Positions 1-33,112 of a stretch of 64,000 nucleotides of DNA are shown piece by piece. The stretch lies in NCBI GenBank assembly GCA_964199315.1, contig OZ116704.1, positions 12,400,001 through 12,464,000 on the forward strand, given 5' to 3'. Both the position numbers and the translations under genes were made by a program. How positions within the stretch are numbered: the first letter of the stretch is position 1; each line of letters opens with the position of its first letter. A model generated the notes under the pieces. The model had not been told where the DNA came from. It saw only the letters and a program-made list of their open reading frames with translations, and made no database searches. This DNA is from Orbicella franksi. Taxonomy: Eukaryota.

Positions 1-265
1 TTGAATGGTCAACAGTAAATACCTACTGAAGCGTCGTAACGCCGACCATTGTTTGTGTACATCAACGAGAGTTAAAAATTTCATATCAATCTGCATGTGA
101 GGTGATACGTAGAGACATTTCCTGCAATGAATCATTTTAGAATTTAATGCGAAATTCCATATCTTATCAGTAGTCTACTTTTTGTCGTTATTCAGACTGC
201 TAGATTGTTTTTATCCTGACCTTTGTGTTACAGATGTCCCGTTATATACCGAACGAAACGAAGCT

Positions 266-281
266 GGTTGCTATGGCAACC
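266..281. promoter_or_regulatory. RFX X-box-like palindrome (GGTTGCTATGGCAACC) in a tektin intron
   Basis: GTTGCTATGGCAAC at 267-280 fits the RFX X-box consensus, with flanking G/C extending the palindrome. It sits inside a motile-cilium gene. Confidence 0.55.
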
Positions 282-560
282 GACTCTCCTTTGCATGCTT
301 GCTTGCATATCACGACTACATTCGACTTTCTTACTTTAATGTACTTACAAAACAAGAGGCGAAGCCGAGATAATTGCAAATCGTTTCCCAACCTTACTTG
401 AAAAATCTTCTCTAATGCGCTGTTTATGTCTCTGCTTGTTCCAAACTTCCGTTATTGAGGGCAGCGAAAATCGCTGTATAAACTCTATGTTTAAATATGA
501 GGTTCTTGGATCACCATTTCATTAATTGCGCCGCTTGTTTGTTTTTATTTAATCGTCTAG

Positions 561-3196
561 GAAGTCGAAATGATCGAAAACGTGCGAGCTTTACTCAAGA
601 AAACGATGGATCAAGCTCATGAACAGCTGTGGTGAGTTATTACTTCTTTAATTCATTGATTCTTTGTCGCTTCAGTCTTGTGACTAAATTGACCCCTTCA
701 AAAATTTTTCATCCAAGTAGTTCAAGATTCCACTGGTGCCAATTTTCGACACCATGTGACGTGAGTGTATGAAACCGCATCTACGTAAAACTTTGAGGTT
801 TAACTTTAGATGTTTGTATATATTGGCATTGCCAACATACAGAACATGTTTGTGGATATTTTCATCGTGTTGCGCATAAATTTGCACGAAAAACATGTAA
901 CGCGTTCTAGCAGAGAAAATGGACTACTTTTTTAACTGGTACGCGTACGACTTAAACAAGATTTTCTATTATAATGAGTTGAGAAAATGGCGAAATGAAA
1001 TAATCTTGATTGTTGCCAAGCAACCTTGTTATCGCGGGCTCGACCAGATATATCTTGCACAGCCCGCGCACAGGCTCCCGCTCGTTTCGCTCGCCGAATT
1101 CCTTATTTCGCGCTCGTCGGCTCTCTTCGCAAGCCGAACTTGCAAGCCTGTTCGCAGGCTATCATTTCATTACATGTTCGTTTTACCCAGTTTGAAGGTG
1201 TCACTTAAAAGCATTTATTGCATGTATAAAAGTTAGTTATAATTTTATTACAGTTTATCTGATTTGCACAAAAATAATTGTCTTTCAGGCTGTTGCGCTC
1301 TGCTAAAACTCTTCTGGAAAAGGACCTTGGTGATAAATATGGATCTCTGGGCATTGATGGAAAATGCACCACCCTGAATAACTTCTCCAAGGACATTCAT
1401 TTTGCCCCCCACTCTGTCACAATCCAACAACAGTAAGTGATAGGACTTTGTTACATAAATTGCTGTGAAGAACTCAGTTTAGCCCTGCGAATCATTCTTT
1501 GAACTCTGACGGTTTTACCTAGCCCCTTTGTCATTTTGCTTCTGTTTCTCGATGTTAAAAATGGTTTCTAAGGAAAGAACGGTTTTGCAAGCTTCTTTTG
1601 AAACAAGAAACGGGGAGGCAATTTGTAAATGAGATGTTCCTGTTGTTCCTCACGTTAGAGGTGTGGGTACAAGCTGCTAAGATTCCATACCTAAACTCTA
1701 AACAGCCTGTGCTGTTTGCATCGTCCATTCCAAACCAACCGATAACTATTGAAAAATAACGTCTTAGGGTCGAAGGAGATTTAGGCCCCACCTTGGGCTA
1801 CCTTAAAACCGGATAAACAGGCCAGTCTAATCCCTCAAGTCGCTCTGTTTCATTCTTCTCACGAAATAAATTAAAGACATGTAAAGAGGAAGATGTCGTT
1901 AAAACGTGAAACCTTTTAAATACAATTTTTATTAGCAACTTTCTCGCGCTAAATTGCCATTGTTCCAACTTTTCAGCTCCTTCACTCCGGACGAATGGGA
2001 AGCGTATTCTTCAGAAAACATTGCCAAAGCTGAGCGAGAACGCAAAGCGTCCGTGGCTCTACGATCAGAGATCAATGGAATCTTGATGCAGACTTACGTT
2101 GACCTGAGGAACATCTTTGAGACCGTAAACAATGAGTTCAGCAAGCGCATCGAGGAGACACTGACTGCCAAGAGGTCTCTTGAGAAGGAACTGGCCAGGG
2201 TAATGCATTGTTTTGTCTTCCTTTTTTTGTCTTTTTTTTGTCTTTTTTTTTGTCTTTTTTTTTTTTTTTTTTTTTTCGCTTCTTTATCTCAAAGCGGCAT
2301 AAAATTCAAGGCGGAGACATCCTTGTCAAAGAAATACCTTACACTGCTACTCCTTTAACCAAGGCCACCCGACAAAATTCCGTTCCAATGGACGAATGAA
2401 ACCCTTGGAAGTTCACAACAGATTTTCCGCAAACTATTAATCTGACCAAGCTGCACATTGTAGAAACGGTTATTGTAACCATTTTATCGTTTCAACATGC
2501 AGACATCCTTTACCAATGTTTTGGAAAACCGCGCCAAAAAGTGACAATAAACCAGCTCCTTTAGAGACTTTTGCGAAATTTTCAGGCTGATTTATTCTTC
2601 AATAGGCTATGCTGGAAGTAACACCCTTTTGCCCAATCTCATTTAATTTTCTTGGCGTTTCTACCTACGCTACCTTTGCGCAAATGCAGCGGTGATGAAA
2701 GCAAGAGAGCTTTCAGTACTAACGCCATTTTCTTTCATTACAGGTGATGGACGAGATAGCGTCTATGGAAAATAACGTTATGTAGCGGTGATGAAAGCAA
2801 GAGGGCTTTAAGTACTAACGCCATTTTTTTTCATTACAGGTGATGGACGAGATAGCGTCTATGGAAAATAACGTGCGCGATCTCAGACAAGCTATTGCAG
2901 ACAAAGAAAACCCTCTTAAAGTTGCTCACACCCGTCTCGACAAGCGCTCCTTGAGACCGAATGTTGAGCTGTGTCGTGATCCAGTGCAGTACCGTCTGGT
3001 CGGAGAGGTCGGAGAGATCAACGTCTCCATTGATCGCCTGCGCATGCGCTTGGCTGAGGCCGAGGCTTCCTTAATGTCGTTGCTAAGGAACAAAGAGCGC
3101 CTGGAGGATGACATCGAGGTGAAAACCAACAGCCTTTTCATCGATCGAGACCAGTGTATGGTTATCAGGCAACAAGTCCGCCATATTTCTCACTAA
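561..3196 (+). CDS. Tektin family protein, 3' part (exons 561-631, 1289-1432, 1977-2199, 2840-3196; 5' exons lie before the window)
   Basis: GT-AG exons with consistent phases read EVEMIENVRALLKK...LLRSAKTLLEKDLGDK...FTPDEWEAYSSENIAKAERER...VAHTRLDKRSLRPNVELCRDPVQYRL...KTNSLFIDRDQCM. RPNVELCRD is the tektin signature. The subfamily (TEKT1/3/4) cannot be resolved by eye. Confidence 0.92.
2684..2875 (+). repeat. 96-bp tandem duplication of the tektin last-exon branch point, acceptor and exon start
   Basis: Two near-identical units, each with TACTAAC (2717, 2813), a pyrimidine tract and CAG|GTGATGGACGAGATAGCGTCTATGGAAAATAACGT (acceptors before 2744 and 2840). Confidence 0.9.
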
Positions 3197-4622
3197 AACA
3201 AAGGAAAGATTTTAGTCAGCTAAGATGTGCGTTAATGAACTCAATGATGTTTTAAGGTCTAATTTTTATTTAAAATTATTGGCTCGAGGCAGGAGACTTT
3301 TACCGGTATCGATGAGTTCCTTTCATAAATTCGTTGTCTTGTGACAAATTTTAAAAAAGCAAGTCAGGAATAAAGAGAAAAGGAGAATAACTTTAGCAGG
3401 AACTTCCTTGTACATGAAGTATCTAGCTAAGAACGGATGACAATGAGAAACTCGAAATAATGTCCAAACGTTTTAAGTTGGTCGAGTTTTATCTAAATAT
3501 TTTTCGGCATGCTCTCTTTGACCGGTACAGGAATTTTACGGATAACTCCAGACCTTGTTTTATTTCACTGTAAGTCTTATATCTAAGTGCTAAACAAGAA
3601 CGGGGAAGATACGTTATGGGATCCAAATGTTTATGTTCAAGGTCGAGTCCTGCCTCTCTTGCTTTAAGGATCTTTAAAGGAGTGTTGTTCTGCACAAAAT
3701 ATGCACCTCTGTAACTCGAATTAAGTAACAGGAATTTCCCACTGCTGCATTGAAATTGAAGAGAAAATGAGCAAGAATAAGGATATGGTCGATAAGGAAC
3801 ATGTTTGTAAATTTACTTATAATATATCACTAAACAAAACAATGATGGCTTGGAAATGTGAGAGCAAAGCGCTTTGAACGAAGGCTAATGCTGAGGCAAA
3901 TTAGAAAGACGATGGGTGGGGAGGGAGGTCAATAATATCTTTTACAAGTGTTCGATTCAAAGCGCTCCCTAGGAGAAATAATGAAAAGCTAGACTGTATT
4001 TCTGGTTGTGAATAACTTTGTAATAAACGTGCAATAAATCACTTTTTATCACTAACTCGTGAGGTCACCTTCCTAACTTTAATGAGCGAAATATTTCGCG
4101 AGTAAAGTTAATTTGCCGTACGCGGGCGCCCAAAATCCCGATCCACCTCCCCACCCTATCCGGCCATCGTTTTCCGATCAGAAACCCCGTTCGCGGGAAA
4201 CTGCATTCATCGAATACGCTCAGCATTTGTTTTTGTCAGACATTTATTTTAAGTTTACCACAGCTCAGTGCAAATAGTTTCTTTTTTAATAAGTATTATT
4301 TCGTTTTATCTTTCACATCTGGGTCTCATACCCTCTTTATCGCCAAGGAAGATTTTATATTTCGTTTGCGAATCGCTGTTTGAATTTAGATGGGTGATTA
4401 GTAGTCCCCTTGGTAGAATAAAGATCAGTTGTAATTTCTTTGGAATCTACACGTGTTTTTGCGATGATGTTTTTTACCGTCTGATTATTATTTCGGGTTC
4501 TTTAAATATTTTTTCCGTTTACCCTCGAGAAGTATGATGTACAGGTCCCCCAAGTTCACGATACTCGAGATAGAGCTAGATAGCGAATACGACAAGCGTT
4601 CATGAGTCGAGCGTGACATTAC

Positions 4623-4670
4623 AATGAATGAATGAATACTTTATTGAACCTCCCCGGTGAGGGCTTTTCT
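4623..4670 (-). mobile_element. 3' tail fragment of an L2-type LINE/SINE
   Basis: Reverse strand reads GAAAAGCCCTCACCGGGGAGGTTCAATAAAGTATTCATTCATTCATT, similar to the tail of the SINE at 19563-19835 and ending in a microsatellite. Confidence 0.45.
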
Positions 4671-4749
4671 TTTTGGTTGTTTTAACGACCAAATACTTAA
4701 TACTTAAAAGTACTCAGTTCTAGGTCTTGTAGTTGCGTAGCCAGCGTAA

Positions 4750-4920
4750 TAGACTACGAAGTCTCGCTCCGTTGTTCGAAAATCTGAAAGAAGAACGCAA
4801 ACAAACACAGGCGAGGGTGAAGTCACGAGTAGCGCGGGCGACGGCAAGCGGCTTCGCCGCTCGCCTCTGGGCGTTCTTCCCCGCGGATTTTTGAGCAAAA
4901 GAGAGACTTCTCGCAGTTTA
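4750..4920. mobile_element. MITE (TAGACT...AGTYTA termini)
   Basis: Imperfect terminal inverted repeats TAGACTACGAAGTCTCGCTC / GAGAGACTTCTCGCAGTTTA around a GC-rich core. Confidence 0.5.
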
Positions 4921-6577
4921 CCGGCGTAGCGGGCAATTCTTATTTGTTTTGTTTTTCGGGGGCGGAAATATCATGGTCGGCAAATCTCCAAGACAATAAG
5001 AAGAATGGCTTGTGAAAATCTCGGTTTCCTTTCTATACAATGTATTAAAGGGTATCCTCTCTTTTGTTTTGTCTTTGTTGTTGTTGTGCCTCTTGAGTTT
5101 GAGCGTAGCCATCGAGAGGTGCCTGGGAACTAAAAGCAAATGTTCATGAATTGTATTAGGGAGGGGAGAGTAGGATGACTAGCAGGTGCGTGCATTTCGT
5201 GGCAAACCGCCAGCTGCGAAACACAAATCAGGGACGTGACTGGCTGAAATGAATGAAAGGGTCCCCGATTCTGAACAATTATCTTCGGGAACTTAAGTCG
5301 GTGATATCTTCGAGGCAGAGGCGATGGGAGTGTAATTAAGTCTGGTTTGTGATGAAGAAAGCTTTTTAACGGAAGCCGAGGTAAAAGTAACTGACAGTCT
5401 CTCTGGTGTAAGCAGAGGTATATCGGTAAGAACTTTTGTTGTTGTTAAAGGAGTTAGCATTTTATAATACCTTGTTGTCAATCTTCAATCTGATTCAAGC
5501 GATCGCAACTGATCAAAACATCCTAGTTTAATTTACTGTTGTGGCCTATATTCATTTAAATTCTGCATATTCGCAAGCTTTTTAAGTGGTTTTCAGATTG
5601 TTTGTTGCTTAGCAGAAAAGAATACATCATTCAGTTTATTTGCGGTTCAAATTTACACTGAAGAGATATACGAATCTATATTCAGATTTAACGAACCGAA
5701 AATTATAGAGATAAAATCGGACAACCGAAATGAAAACTGAGATTTCGTGGCATAATTTCCCTTACTAAGGAAAATTTAATATTAAATGGAGTAGCTTTCA
5801 GAGTTACTTAATATTTAGTTTTCGTTTGTTCAAGCCGGTTCCATTTGTTGAATAAAGAATCTCCTCTTTGAAGAAATCTCATTAAACAGAACATTCTCAA
5901 TATGTTTCCACACGCAGATTCAATTTCCATCTTCGCACAGTTTTATTTATTGTTTGTCCCAAACCACAAAAAAAACCCATAGCATTTTCGAGATAACTAA
6001 GGTTGCAGACCTTTTATCAGACATGTTGTTAGCAATTTGCACTTAATTTCAATCTATAATCCAACAATATGTTTTATTTTGCCGAGTGTATCTACGTACC
6101 GTGGTTGTGTGATTCACCGCGGTGCACGGAAGGGAAAATCACTACATATATCGTCCAGTTCTATCACTAATTGAATGTCTTTGTCCATGAGTAATTGACA
6201 TTTTTGGATCGACAAATGGAACTAGATTTCTATTGGAAGTAATGTCGAGTATTTTTAGGGTCACTTTCTTTTGCATCTCCGGAGCCCAGCGGCGCCATTA
6301 GATATCGTCCTCTAGCTGAGTTCCCGAGTATTTTTTTTTTTGCCCTCTGGGAAAATAACACGAAGCTGCATGAATGCTGGCGGGATAATTTTTAATGCTG
6401 CGTGGGTTGCCTGTGAGATAATTTCACTGGTTTCTCGATATAATGGCGATTTTACCGAAGCTGATAGACGTTAATGACTCCTCAAACATTGTTTTTTTTT
6501 TCAAAGAAAAGAAAATTCATTTAGATTGCCAAAATGCGCGCGTGGTGAAAATAGAATTTCAGTAAGTAATACTAAAC

Positions 6578-6661
6578 CAACCTCGTTAATTCACAGTGCT
6601 TTCTCGTTAGAGATTCCCGCCCCTTCCAATCTCTAACGGGAAAGCCCTGGGGACGAGGTTG
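6578..6661. mobile_element. Short MITE (CAACCTCGT...ACGAGGTTG)
   Basis: 9-bp terminal inverted repeats plus an internal inverted pair TTCTCGTTAGAGATT / AATCTCTAACGGGAA. Confidence 0.5.
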
Positions 6662-8506
6662 ATCCAAACAAACAATGTTAGAAGCGCTGAGTTGAGACGC
6701 CACGGCTAACCGCTGACCATGGAGCCCTACGAGTTTAAACTTGAGCATCGGGGGACGGAGAGAGGGTAGTTTTTTGTGGTCCCGATTTAATGGTCCTGGG
6801 CTATATTAAGACCCCTTTAATTTAGGTATCGGTCGGTGGATTGAACGGGCCTTCGACTCCAAAATGGCGCCAAGAAAACGGTTCAAATAATCAGTCAAAT
6901 CATTTAAGATAAAATAATAGAAAGGATACGGAGCCTTTACATTTAGAAAGTGATCGTGTTTGGAGTTTCTTGAGCAATGCCTATTAGCGTTACCAGTCGT
7001 AAACGTAAAGATCAAATAATCAGTAACCGGGCTTACCGTATATATGAAAGGGAATATTCTATGGATTTGGGATAGAAAGTGTTTCCGTGCAGCGCTATTT
7101 CAGTTATAGAACGTTTGCAATATTTTCAATAGGCGGTTGATATTTTGCGAGAACTTAATTGCGTCTCACAGTCGATGCCACTATCTTCGTAATTGTGAAA
7201 GCCTTCATTCCATTTGTAGCTACTTTTCCGCTTCTTAAGCAATTACTGCTATCAGCCTCATCTCCGATAACCTTAGTGAAAACCTTCAAAATCAGTCCAC
7301 TCATGAATCGCGGTTTGTTACATCACAAATTGCAAGTATTCACTGTGCAATAGCTAGTGTTGTTTCTTCGTTGAAGATTACAAACTCAAGGACAATACTT
7401 CACGAATTGAACGAGTATTTAACGAGCCAGCTGACGACATCAGTAAAGAGGCTTGTGTCAAGGTCACGTGACGTCTTGCTTTTAACTATGTAAACGCCAT
7501 CATAATCATCAAGTTGATTGTTTTCTGCAATATTCAGCGTCGCGTGTGATATTTAAAACCCAAAATGACAAGGTCAACAGTTATATTTACATCTGCACGT
7601 GTCCATACACCGGTGAAAACACGTAACTGTATATTAGCTTACACCGGTATCCTTCATGTACCGTTTTCGTTGTGCACGTGGAAACCGGTTGGTTCGATAA
7701 GGTGATTAAACAACATGAAACTTTTAATTCAATTAAATACTTCGTAATCGCCTTCATTACGGAAACATTTCTGGAGTGCTCTCGACATTTCGTCCCGCTG
7801 ACGATTTTTCGCTTACGTTTTAAGTGCTATATACAGAGTAGTTTTTCTATTTAAAGTACTGAACATTCGCTCTGTGACGTTCATGCTGAGTAAAAGGTCA
7901 GGAGAAGGCGATCTATATAATTGACTTACTTCAAAGGTGGACTTCTCAAGCACGGAATCGTCTTAGTCTGGAGTTTGTACTTTCTGGTTTGTCATTTTGA
8001 GCGAAAAGATGTTAAAATGAAAAATACCGCAGTGTAAATTTACATAAAAATAAAAATAGCTTCAAAAGAAATAAGTCTTTGTAACTTACCTTCGTAGCAG
8101 TGTTAAAAGTCCGAATTCACAAGAGGTGCGAATTTCAGAAGCGAAAATTGAGCGTTCCCCTCTTTTTTCTTACATGCGCTCCAGTCTAGTTTTCTTTCTC
8201 TCAGTTTCTCGCCACGCTAGACAAGTTAATCAAGCTAGCTAGCTTAACTCCTAATCACTGAATAGTAGAGTAATCAAATGTACTTGTCAGATCAACTCAA
8301 AAGAGCTACGACCTAAAGTCAAACATTGATTAATTTGTCTATTTGGTTTTTGTTTCGATGAATAAAACATAAATTAACCGATTTCGCGCTTTTGCATAAA
8401 TTACGCATATTGTGTGCTGTGATCTCATTCCGCAGCTGTCCCGTTTAAGTAGGTAATCGAATTTTCTCTACTTTTATTTGATTTCTTTTCACCTCAGCGG
8501 GGATCG

Positions 8507-8581
8507 ATGGCCGAAAACAAGGAGTTGTTGGGTGGGCTGTATGTGCAAGATCAGTATGAAGTGGACGGAACGCCAGATTCG
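8507..8581 (+). CDS. ATP1A: Candidate alternative first coding exon 1 of ATPase paralog A (MAENKELLGGLYVQDQYEVDGTPDS)
   Basis: ATG-initiated 25-codon frame ending at a consensus phase-0 donor TCG|GTGAGT. An acceptor (TTTTCACCTCAG) lies 9 nt upstream of the ATG. It joins in frame to the exon at 12305. Confidence 0.55.
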
Positions 8582-10134
8582 GTGAGTGCAATTTGTTGTA
8601 AACTCTACAAATATAAGAGTATACTCTGAGGTTAACTTGTCAATTTGATTACACCGATCGAATATAGATATTTTCCCATTGAAGTCTTGCACCGTGTTTG
8701 CGCCATATACGCTCTCTGTAAAAAGTAGAATAAACAAAACTTTCGCTGGATATTGGAAAAGTGCGCGCGAAAATCTCAAGTGAATAAAAATGTTTAAGAT
8801 TGCCCTCGATCTCTTTAGAAAATATCGTAAACTTGGAGTGTCAAGCATGCAAACCTTGTGAATGATCAGTATTGCACCAAGATCAAGACGAACGGCCAAT
8901 TACGGTTTCGCTCTTTTTGGTGCCCTACCTCTGAATCATGATCCCTTTAATTACGACACTTCGTAATTGGAATCCCCGTTCCGGGACCCCAGATTCTCGG
9001 CCTCATTGCATCCAGCCTAAACAGTGGATCACAGCATAAAACAGCTTGGGGCTTTTTAGCTTCGCTGCTCAATTGATTTGCATAAACTCATTGTGTTGTT
9101 TTTAGTATGGGCTGAACTGACTCGACATCTTTGATCTGTGACTAACTGCGATCGTAGGACAAAATAAATGAGATATTTTTAAGCTGATTGTGTGCTCATG
9201 TACCTTTTTTTCTGTCCGGATTAAAGATGATTTGTAGCTGACAAGCTCATGATTACATAACACTCTGCCACACAAGGTAACTTAGGCAAAATTAGCATAC
9301 ATGATTGATGAATAACCAAGCACTGCTAAATTTAATTTGGGTTCAAAGCATTCTCTCGAATCTGCCATTCTTTCCAATGTTTTACTCTCTGAGCTCCTAA
9401 TTTCTTTCAAAGATAAGTTTCAAAATTCCCAAGTTTGAGACTTTTGTAGAGCGTGTTTTCCCAAAATATCAATTATCATTGGCTCCTTTGGAAGACTTTG
9501 CTGATCATTGCTTAAAATGCCTGGAGGTTCGGATCAACGGTGCATGAAAGCAAAATAGTTTGACGACTTTAAAAGGAATTTATTGTTTCGCTTGGCAAGA
9601 CTCGGCACCGGCTTAACCTGTAGAAGCCATTTTCATGGCGCAACGTGTTTAAAAGCTCACTAAAACAAATAGGAACAAACAAGAGCATTTTCTTGAAACC
9701 ACGGCAAACTTAGTGTGACGAAGAGAATGTGGGAGGTCAATATAACGTCGAAGTTTCCATTGTGTTTCTTCATCAGAAATTCCAATTCGTAGTAATAAAT
9801 TACATGGAGTATTGTATAAAACAGGAATAATATAGATTGTTCGATTGACGAATATTGGGTTCAAATACAAAGTCGAAAAAACCAAACCGGCAATATCACA
9901 ATCACCTGCTCTCCCATTGGCCTTCAACGCTCATTTGCTTATACTGTATTCAGTGACCCGGTAATTTTCCAAGGCCCAGTGACTTTATGGTATAGCTGCG
10001 TCTATCGAGAGTCTTTACCAGTTCAAGCGTGCTACGACTCACTAAGACTGACGAACTCTGTTGCTTCTCGTCCGGGAGGTTTAACTGACAACCGTTCAGT
10101 CTTGCCAGGCTTCCACGGCTGGTAAACAGAGATC

Positions 10135-29964
<19,830 letters not shown>

Positions 29965-31087
29965 ACCACAATTTTTAGCAGACTTCAATGGCACCAGAAG
30001 ATTCAGGCTTCTGCGCGTGTTACCTTTAAGGCCACGAAGTCCTCGCTGTTATTTGTATCACTAATTATTATATAGGTTTACTTTTTCTCAGTGAAAATTC
30101 AAAATGGGTAAATCCATTTTATTTAGCCAGGAAAAAAAATCAGTAGTTCTGTTAGTAACGCGTATTTAATAACTGTAGGTATTTTAACAATCACTGTGCA
30201 AACTAAAAGTTGTAAAAGGTTGAATCCAAAATTTTGATGATTCGGGGTTTGTTAGAGGTTTCTATCTATAATAACGAATTCCTGAAACTGTATGACTGAA
30301 TATTAATGAATTGTGGTGTGATACCAGTTTAATATTGCTTTTTTTTTTGTTTTTGTTTTTAACACTCGTTAACATGGAAGAAAAAAAATACATTTGTATT
30401 CCGATTTAGCACAATGCAAATACTTTTCGAAGTGCACAGTTTGATTTCTTGTGTAGTAATTTTGTAACAATATAAAGCGTGTTTCGTCGTTATTGTATAT
30501 TTGAAGAATTGATCTGCAGGGCGTAGTCGGATTTTAGAAGAACAAATACTACAGATAAAGTTTCTGTTCGATAGACGGATTCGGCTAACATTTTTACGTC
30601 CTTGTTGCCGCTCAATTCAGACCACGTTATGATTCATTTGGAAGGTTACGATTGTTCAATTTGTCACACGCAAGTGTAGCATGTAGAAACAGAACAATAA
30701 TTGTAATCTCCCAAATGAATTATCACATCTCTTCAACTGGGTGGCAACACGCCAGCCGAATCCGTCTTTTGATACGTTTTTCATTGTGGCTTTAGCTTAG
30801 CATCCTGTGTAGTCTTTTTCAGATGGTAAACAAAGCAGTTCAAGTACCTTTGGAATCATTATTTCACATATTCCTAGATAAGCAGAAGTGTAATTTAATT
30901 TTCTTCTCAATTACGAAAGTGACTTAAATGTCAGTGAAAATTTGAAATAATTTTGCCAAATTCTTGGAATATATTTTCCCGTAACGCAATTTAGGGTTTA
31001 GAAAGCGTGTAAGCATGATGTATAGAAACACTTAGCTATTGAAACACTTAGCATGTGTTATCAACACACTTTTGGTGTTGTTGTAAT

Positions 31088-31216
31088 NNNNNNNNNNNNN
31101 NNNNNNNNNNNNNNNNNNNNNNNNNNNNNNNNNNNNNNNNNNNNNNNNNNNNNNNNNNNNNNNNNNNNNNNNNNNNNNNNNNNNNNNNNNNNNNNNNNNN
31201 NNNNNNNNNNNNNNNA
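31088..31216. other. Assembly gap (129 N)
   Basis: Run of n characters. Confidence 0.99.
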
Positions 31217-31520
31217 GCATCTTCAGCAGGAACAACAATAGAAGCATTACAGAAGCAGCAGCAGCAACAGCAGCAGAGACACAAGACAAACAGCAGCACC
31301 ATCCACATAAGCAGCAGAAGCAATAAACAGCAACAACAACAGAAGCAGCAACAACAACAACAACAATAACAACAACAACAACAACAACAACAGCAGGAGC
31401 AACCAAAAACAACATTGCCAGCAGTAACAACAACTAATAATAAAAACAACAAACGACAGCAGCAGCAACAGTTGAAACAAGGATAGTAGTGGTAACAACA
31501 ACAACAGCAACAACTACCAT
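31217..31520. repeat. (CAA/CAG)n microsatellite next to the gap
   Basis: About 300 bp of CAA/CAG/AAC triplets. It explains the poly-Q, poly-C, poly-L and poly-V ORFs in the track. Confidence 0.9.
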
Positions 31521-33112
31521 GGTTAAAACATTGTTTGCTTTCCACTTTCAATAGTTTTACATAGGTCATGGATGTATTGCATATAACTCTGCCGGAATTC
31601 TTAGCAATAAAGAATCTTGTAAGCCATTTCACTTTACGGTGATGCTACAGTTGAAATTTGAACAATTGAATAATGATTACTGAATATAAAGGTTTTAGTA
31701 CCTGATTTAAATGTGAAAAGGTCAGCCAGTTTCGGATTGATATTCCCATATCATCACAGCACTGAGAACAACGGTTGAAAACGCTAATTTTTCGCGGTGG
31801 CTAGAAATAAATTTTTAATTCAGTGTATTTTAACGCCCAGACGGGGTTCACATGGTTATCGATAAGTTGTCGAATAGGAAAATAGCTCTCATTGCCTTGA
31901 TGAGAAATTTCGGGAAGTTTTGGGAAAATAGCATGCTTACGGATTGATTTAGGTTTATGGTTAGAAATTAACGGATTGTAGATGTTAGGAACCTTTGTGA
32001 TCGGCATCAAAGGTAATCGAATTTTAGTGGAGTTCTGTGTGAACCCTGTGAAACCAACTTTGTTGGTATCCGCGCTTAGCTTTCCATTTGCCATCAGAGT
32101 AGAACAGATTTTTCAGAACCCTTCGTAACGTTAACACTTTAGGCAATCTTTTGAGGATGAAACGTAAGCTTAGTTCATTGAACTGTTCAGAAGGTGGATT
32201 TCTACTTTCGAAACGTTTTGTCATTAAAGGCAATTTCATATCTGCGATGTTGACTGAATTGAACCTTTTACCTCCTAGTTGATAATGGCCAAAACCTTTT
32301 TCTCGCCAGACAGTTACTGAAAGTGGCAATCCCTCGGAATTTTACGACAGAGCCTTCCAGAGTTAGCAAGAGACCCCTCCGAAATCAATGCTCTTAATTA
32401 GCCCCATGAAAGCAACGATCTTTGCATACTCCCTGGGCAAACTTTCCCTCGCCCCAACGATCCATAGTAAACGAATCCAAGATAGCAGTCTAATACGAAA
32501 AAGTGCGCTCGCAAGCCCAAAATACGTCTGCACCGCAGGCTATTGCCCAGTAGTTTTGGGAAAGCTATATTACGGGCGACTTGCAAGCGCAAGGTAAATT
32601 GCGTAGAAACTAATGAAAGAAATCGACAAAGCAACTAAAACAGAGCTGACGCTTTGAATATTCATGAAGGGAAGTTGGTCATTGCTTTCGCAATCATCCG
32701 CCAGATCCGTCGCGTCTTTCAATTTTCTGGCGGGAGTCGTCTGGAGACCAGTCTGCATGGAGGTCTTCCAACGACTACAGGCGCTGGTTTTTTTTCTGTA
32801 TATTGTTCGGCCTTACCGTTCATTCGTCGAACCATGATCTCGGATTTACGTTGACGCAGCAACAACTAGCCTTCTTTGCAGTGGTTATTTGGGTGGCTAC
32901 GCAAGAGAGGATGGAGGATAAGAAAGAGAGTTAATCCCACATACAGGCCTTACTACCAAGGTAACACCTCAAGTTATTTTTAGACACTTCCTGTTTCAGA
33001 GATCCAAGTAGGGTCTAGAAATAGCCAATCCTATGAGGGAGATTTTGCTCACGTGAACAGCCCAGGGGTGTTAACATGCATAAATGTAAAAAGCATAAAA
33101 CGAAAGGAACAA

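Noticed and set aside
7240-7495. Overlapping open frames and a GTCACGTGACGTC E-box/CRE palindrome, possibly a further upstream exon ending AAG|GTCACG at 7462
   Set aside because: There is no in-frame ATG or convincing acceptor, the donor is weak and I see no homology. The motif alone is too short to support a call.
8489-8899. 136-aa minus-strand ORF
   Set aside because: No recognisable domain, and it overlaps a better-supported plus-strand exon with a consensus donor.
31032-31632. Poly-Q, poly-C, poly-L and poly-V ORFs
   Set aside because: They are translations of a CAA/CAG microsatellite running through an N gap.
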